Assembly: GCA_040756995.1 (NCBI GenBank) | Contig: JBFLYK010000030.1 | Coordinates: 19,481 to 43,480 of the forward strand | Length of the DNA stretch: 24,000 nt | Reading direction: 5' to 3' | DNA from: Actinomycetota bacterium | GTDB taxonomy: Bacteria; Actinomycetota; Acidimicrobiia; IMCC26256; BP-133 | Part shown: one piece after another, positions 21,615 to 24,000 of the stretch | How positions within the stretch are numbered: position 1 is the stretch's first letter | Layout of the letters: every line of letters starts with the position of its first letter | Translations under genes and position numbers: made by a program | Notes under the pieces: generated by a model | The model's input: the letters and a program-made list of their open reading frames with translations, nothing else | The model's database searches: none | Told to the model about the DNA's origin: nothing

Positions 21615-21939
21615 GAACCCGCTGGCGGACGGCGACGTAGCCGGCCACGGCCACCGCCACGGCCGTCCACCAGACCACGTCGTGAACGCGCAACGGCCAG
21701 TCCGGGGACAGCGCGGCGACCAGCCCGATGGCGGCCAGGCAGCAGAGGGCCTCGTGACGGCCCCGGCGCCGCGTGGCCCAGAGCACGACCGTGAGGCCGG
21801 CGAGCCCGAGGAGATCACCCAGAACTCCCCGGGCCAGGTAGGGGTGCCCGTAGGAGACCCACAACGCGCTGGAGACCAGAAACGCCAGCGCCGTGGTCAC
21901 CAGTTCGCTGCGGCCGAGCCCCAGCCGGCCGGTGGTCAC
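21544..21939 (-). CDS. Hypothetical small integral membrane protein (131 aa)
   Basis: The track ORF 21544-22269 is trimmed to GTG 21939, which overlaps the ABC1 kinase stop (GTGA). It has three or four hydrophobic segments (ELVTTALAFLVSSALWV, LLGLAGLTVVLWA, ALCCLAAIGLVAAL, VVWWTAVAVAVAGYVAV). Its 3' end overlaps the convergent cupin gene by 71 nt. I recognise no confident family. Confidence 0.45.
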   Translation of the reverse strand: MTTGRLGLGRSELVTTALAFLVSSALWVSYGHPYLARGVLGDLLGLAGLTVVLWATRRRGRHEALCCLAAIGLVAALSPDWPLRVHDVVWWTAVAVAVAGYVAVRQRVLTGSQTAGRRPASAGRPAGRRRR

Positions 21940-23345
21940 GGCAATGCCGGCACCGGCGCACTCGCCTCCCGAACCGCGCCCTCGAACATGAACTCGATGA
22001 GGAACGGGTCGGCGAGGATGTCGTAGTCGGGGGCGACCAGCTTGGCGTACCGCTCGAAGTACAGCACCTGCTTGGCCAGCAGGACGAGCGACCGGGGAAG
22101 CTGGACCCCGTGGGGGGCGGCCATCCGCACCGCGGCCGAGAACACCGCCTGGTAATCGACCGCGCCGATGGGCTGGTCCAGCAGCGGTTCGACCAGCCGC
22201 TCGATCGCCGCCGCCGCCTGGGTGACCGTCCCGTCCCCGCCCATCCGGGCGCCGAGATCCGCCAGGCACCGGGTGACCTCGCGGAAGTCCCGGGTGTGGA
22301 GCAGCGCCACCACGCCTCGTCGGACCAGCCCGGTGGTCTCGACGTCGAGTTCGCCGGTGATCCCGAAATCGAGGAACACCACCCGCCCGTCCCGGTCGAC
22401 GAGGAGGTTTCCGGCGTGGACATCGCCGTGGAAGAACCGGTGCTCGCAGGCCCCCTCGATCCAGGCCCGGACACCGGCCCGGAGAAGCGCCAGGAGATCG
22501 AAGCCGGTCTCGGTCAGGCCAACCAGATCATCGACCTTGGTGCCCTCGATCCGCTCCATGGTCAGCACCGCCCGGCCGCTGAGCGACCGGTGGACCGAAG
22601 GGGCCCGGACCAGATCGTTCGACCCGAACGAGCGCAGGTTGCGCTCGAAGCGCTCCATCGCCGCAGCCTCGTGCTCGAAGTCGAGTTCCTGGCGGAGGGT
22701 GGCGACCACGTCGTCGACGACGACGACTGGATTCAGGACGCGGGCATGGGCCGAGAAACGCTGGGCCAACCGGGCAACCACCCGCAGCAGGCGCAGGTCG
22801 GTGAGGAACCGGCGCTCCACGCCGGGCCGGCGAACCTTCACCACTGCTGGCTCCCCTGACCGCAAGGTCACGGCGTGGACCTGGGCGATCGACGCTGCCG
22901 CCAGCGGCTCCGGATCGATCGAGGCGAACAGCGCTTCGACCGGTGCCCCCAGGTCCTGCTCCACGATCTCCCGCATGTCCTCCCAGCGTTCGGCAGGGGC
23001 CGAGTCGAGCAGGTCCCGAAGCTCGTCGGAGATGGCGGCGGGGAACAGACTCGGCGAGGAGGAAACGAGCTGGCTCAGCTTGACGAAGGGCGGTCCGAGA
23101 GCGACGACCACCCGGCGCACCCGCGGCGCCAGAGCCTGGGGCGTCCGGTGCTTCTTGCGAACGAGGCCGGGCAGGATGTGGCGCGCCACGGCCAGCGAGA
23201 TCCGGGTCGAGCGGAGCGCCTCGCGGGGCGTCAGGCGCCGCAGGGAGGCGTCGGTCAGCAGTCCTGAGTTCGTTCGCACCGGAGAACTATGGGCAGGGGG
23301 GCGGACACGGACCACCTCCGGATGGAGGGGCGCTGCCGGGACCAT
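21936..23345 (-). CDS. ABC1/UbiB-family atypical protein kinase
   Basis: Hallmark blocks are LGPPFVKLSQLVSSSPSLFPAAISDELRDLLD, AAASIAQVHAV, VVKVRRPGV, FFHGDVHAGNLLV and VVFLDFGITGEL. The start is uncertain. ATG 23345 is the first Met that does not run into the divergent lipoprotein gene, but it has no SD. Confidence 0.82.
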   Translation of the reverse strand: MVPAAPLHPEVVRVRPPAHSSPVRTNSGLLTDASLRRLTPREALRSTRISLAVARHILPGLVRKKHRTPQALAPRVRRVVVALGPPFVKLSQLVSSSPSLFPAAISDELRDLLDSAPAERWEDMREIVEQDLGAPVEALFASIDPEPLAAASIAQVHAVTLRSGEPAVVKVRRPGVERRFLTDLRLLRVVARLAQRFSAHARVLNPVVVVDDVVATLRQELDFEHEAAAMERFERNLRSFGSNDLVRAPSVHRSLSGRAVLTMERIEGTKVDDLVGLTETGFDLLALLRAGVRAWIEGACEHRFFHGDVHAGNLLVDRDGRVVFLDFGITGELDVETTGLVRRGVVALLHTRDFREVTRCLADLGARMGGDGTVTQAAAAIERLVEPLLDQPIGAVDYQAVFSAAVRMAAPHGVQLPRSLVLLAKQVLYFERYAKLVAPDYDILADPFLIEFMFEGAVREASAPVPALP

Positions 23346-23457
23346 ATCCAGATGGAGGTGCCGTCGACGTGGGCGCTCCCTCAGCCTGGACCACCAGCAC
23401 CCGTGATCCGCCGTGCCGGACGACGACTCTTCCGGTGGGAAGAAAGGACCACATCTG

Positions 23458-24000
23458 ATGAGGGGCTTCGGGCGGTTCACCCGCCACGTTCTTCTGGTCG
23501 GGCTCGGGGCGGTGACCATCACTTCCACCGCCTGCGGCGGCGGTGGTGCCGGGGCATCCGACAGCTTGGTGGTGGTCTCCAGCGTGGCGCCGTTGGTGGA
23601 CATGATCGAGCGGGTGGCCGGCAGCCGGGCCGAGGTCCGAGGCCTCGTGCCCCCGGGCGAGAACGGCCACACCTATGTCCCGCGTCCGAGTGACGCCCGG
23701 ACCCTCTCGGACGCGAGTCTGTTCATCGACAACGGCCTGAGCCTCAACAACGTGGTACGGGGTTCCGTTTCCGGGAACCTGCCCAAAGGTGCCGACATCC
23801 ACTTCCTGTCCGAGGGGGTGCCCGAGAGCGAACTGATCGGCAACCCTGACGGGTGCCACGAGGGACACTGTCATGGACCGGTGAACGCCCACCTGTGGCC
23901 GGACCCGAACTACGCCTCGATCTTCGTGGACGAGATCGTCAAAGCCCTCTCGGCGGTGGACAAGGACGGCGCCGACGAGTACCGCCGGAATGGCCAGGCG
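23458..24000 (+). CDS. Metal ABC transporter substrate-binding lipoprotein (ZnuA/TroA/MntC cluster-9 family), 5' partial
   Basis: This is my own translation, since the ORF runs off the window and is not in the track. ATG 23458 follows GGGAAGAAAGGA. The signal peptide carries a lipobox-like ITSTAC. Other blocks are VVVSSVAPLVDMIERVAG...GHTYVPRPSD and NAHLWPDPNY, with a Cys/His loop GCHEGHCHG. Confidence 0.85.
   Translation, partial: MRGFGRFTRHVLLVGLGAVTITSTACGGGGAGASDSLVVVSSVAPLVDMIERVAGSRAEVRGLVPPGENGHTYVPRPSDARTLSDASLFIDNGLSLNNVVRGSVSGNLPKGADIHFLSEGVPESELIGNPDGCHEGHCHGPVNAHLWPDPNYASIFVDEIVKALSAVDKDGADEYRRNGQA

Noticed and set aside
23346-23693. Upstream extension of the ABC1 kinase ORF to 23672, and the 134-aa plus-strand ORF 23289-23693
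   Set aside because: The extension would run through the start and signal peptide of the divergent metal-binding lipoprotein gene (ATG 23458 with a good SD). The translations are low-complexity.
1-24000. Scan for CRISPR arrays, tRNA/rRNA genes, IS elements, prophage or defence-system genes
   Set aside because: I saw no regularly spaced direct repeats and no tRNA-like T-arm/acceptor patterns in the intergenic gaps. I also saw no transposase, integrase, recombinase, nuclease or helicase signatures in any convincing ORF.

Overview
High-GC (about 68-70% by eye), gene-dense, Actinomycetota-like chromosomal window with about 27 protein-coding genes. I recognised no rRNA, tRNA, CRISPR array, transposase or integrase. 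The core (7.1-17.1 kb) is a dual monooxygenase module, bracketed by two long perfect GC hairpins at convergent gene junctions. On the minus strand it holds a copper membrane monooxygenase (CuMMO) operon in C-A-B order (pmoC/amoC-, pmoA/amoA-, pmoB/amoB-like). All CuB, CuC and CuD ligands are present, and the operon is preceded by a 43-codon hydrophobic ORF missing from the supplied track. Divergently on the plus strand, a cytoplasmic GAF/HisKA_3 sensor kinase and a NarL/LuxR response regulator run straight into a four-gene soluble di-iron monooxygenase (SDIMO): alpha, beta, coupling protein, ferredoxin-NADH reductase. The left flank holds an acyl-CoA synthetase, a MoxR-AAA+/VWA fusion, DUF4242-like and DUF3040-like small proteins, and a His-rich membrane-anchored hypothetical. 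It also holds a zinc-ribbon radical SAM enzyme joined by a CTGA overlap (strong SD, no canonical start codon) to an ArsM-like SAM methyltransferase. The right flank holds a form-II-type coxS-coxL-coxM molybdenum hydroxylase (AYRGAGR motif) and a small DUF3040-like membrane protein coupled to a Tat-exported cupin. Beyond these are an ABC1/UbiB kinase coupled to a small membrane protein and the 5' part of a ZnuA/TroA-type metal-binding lipoprotein. Most long track ORFs lying antisense to these genes are high-GC shadow ORFs. All functional calls come from motif recognition by eye, not from database searches.
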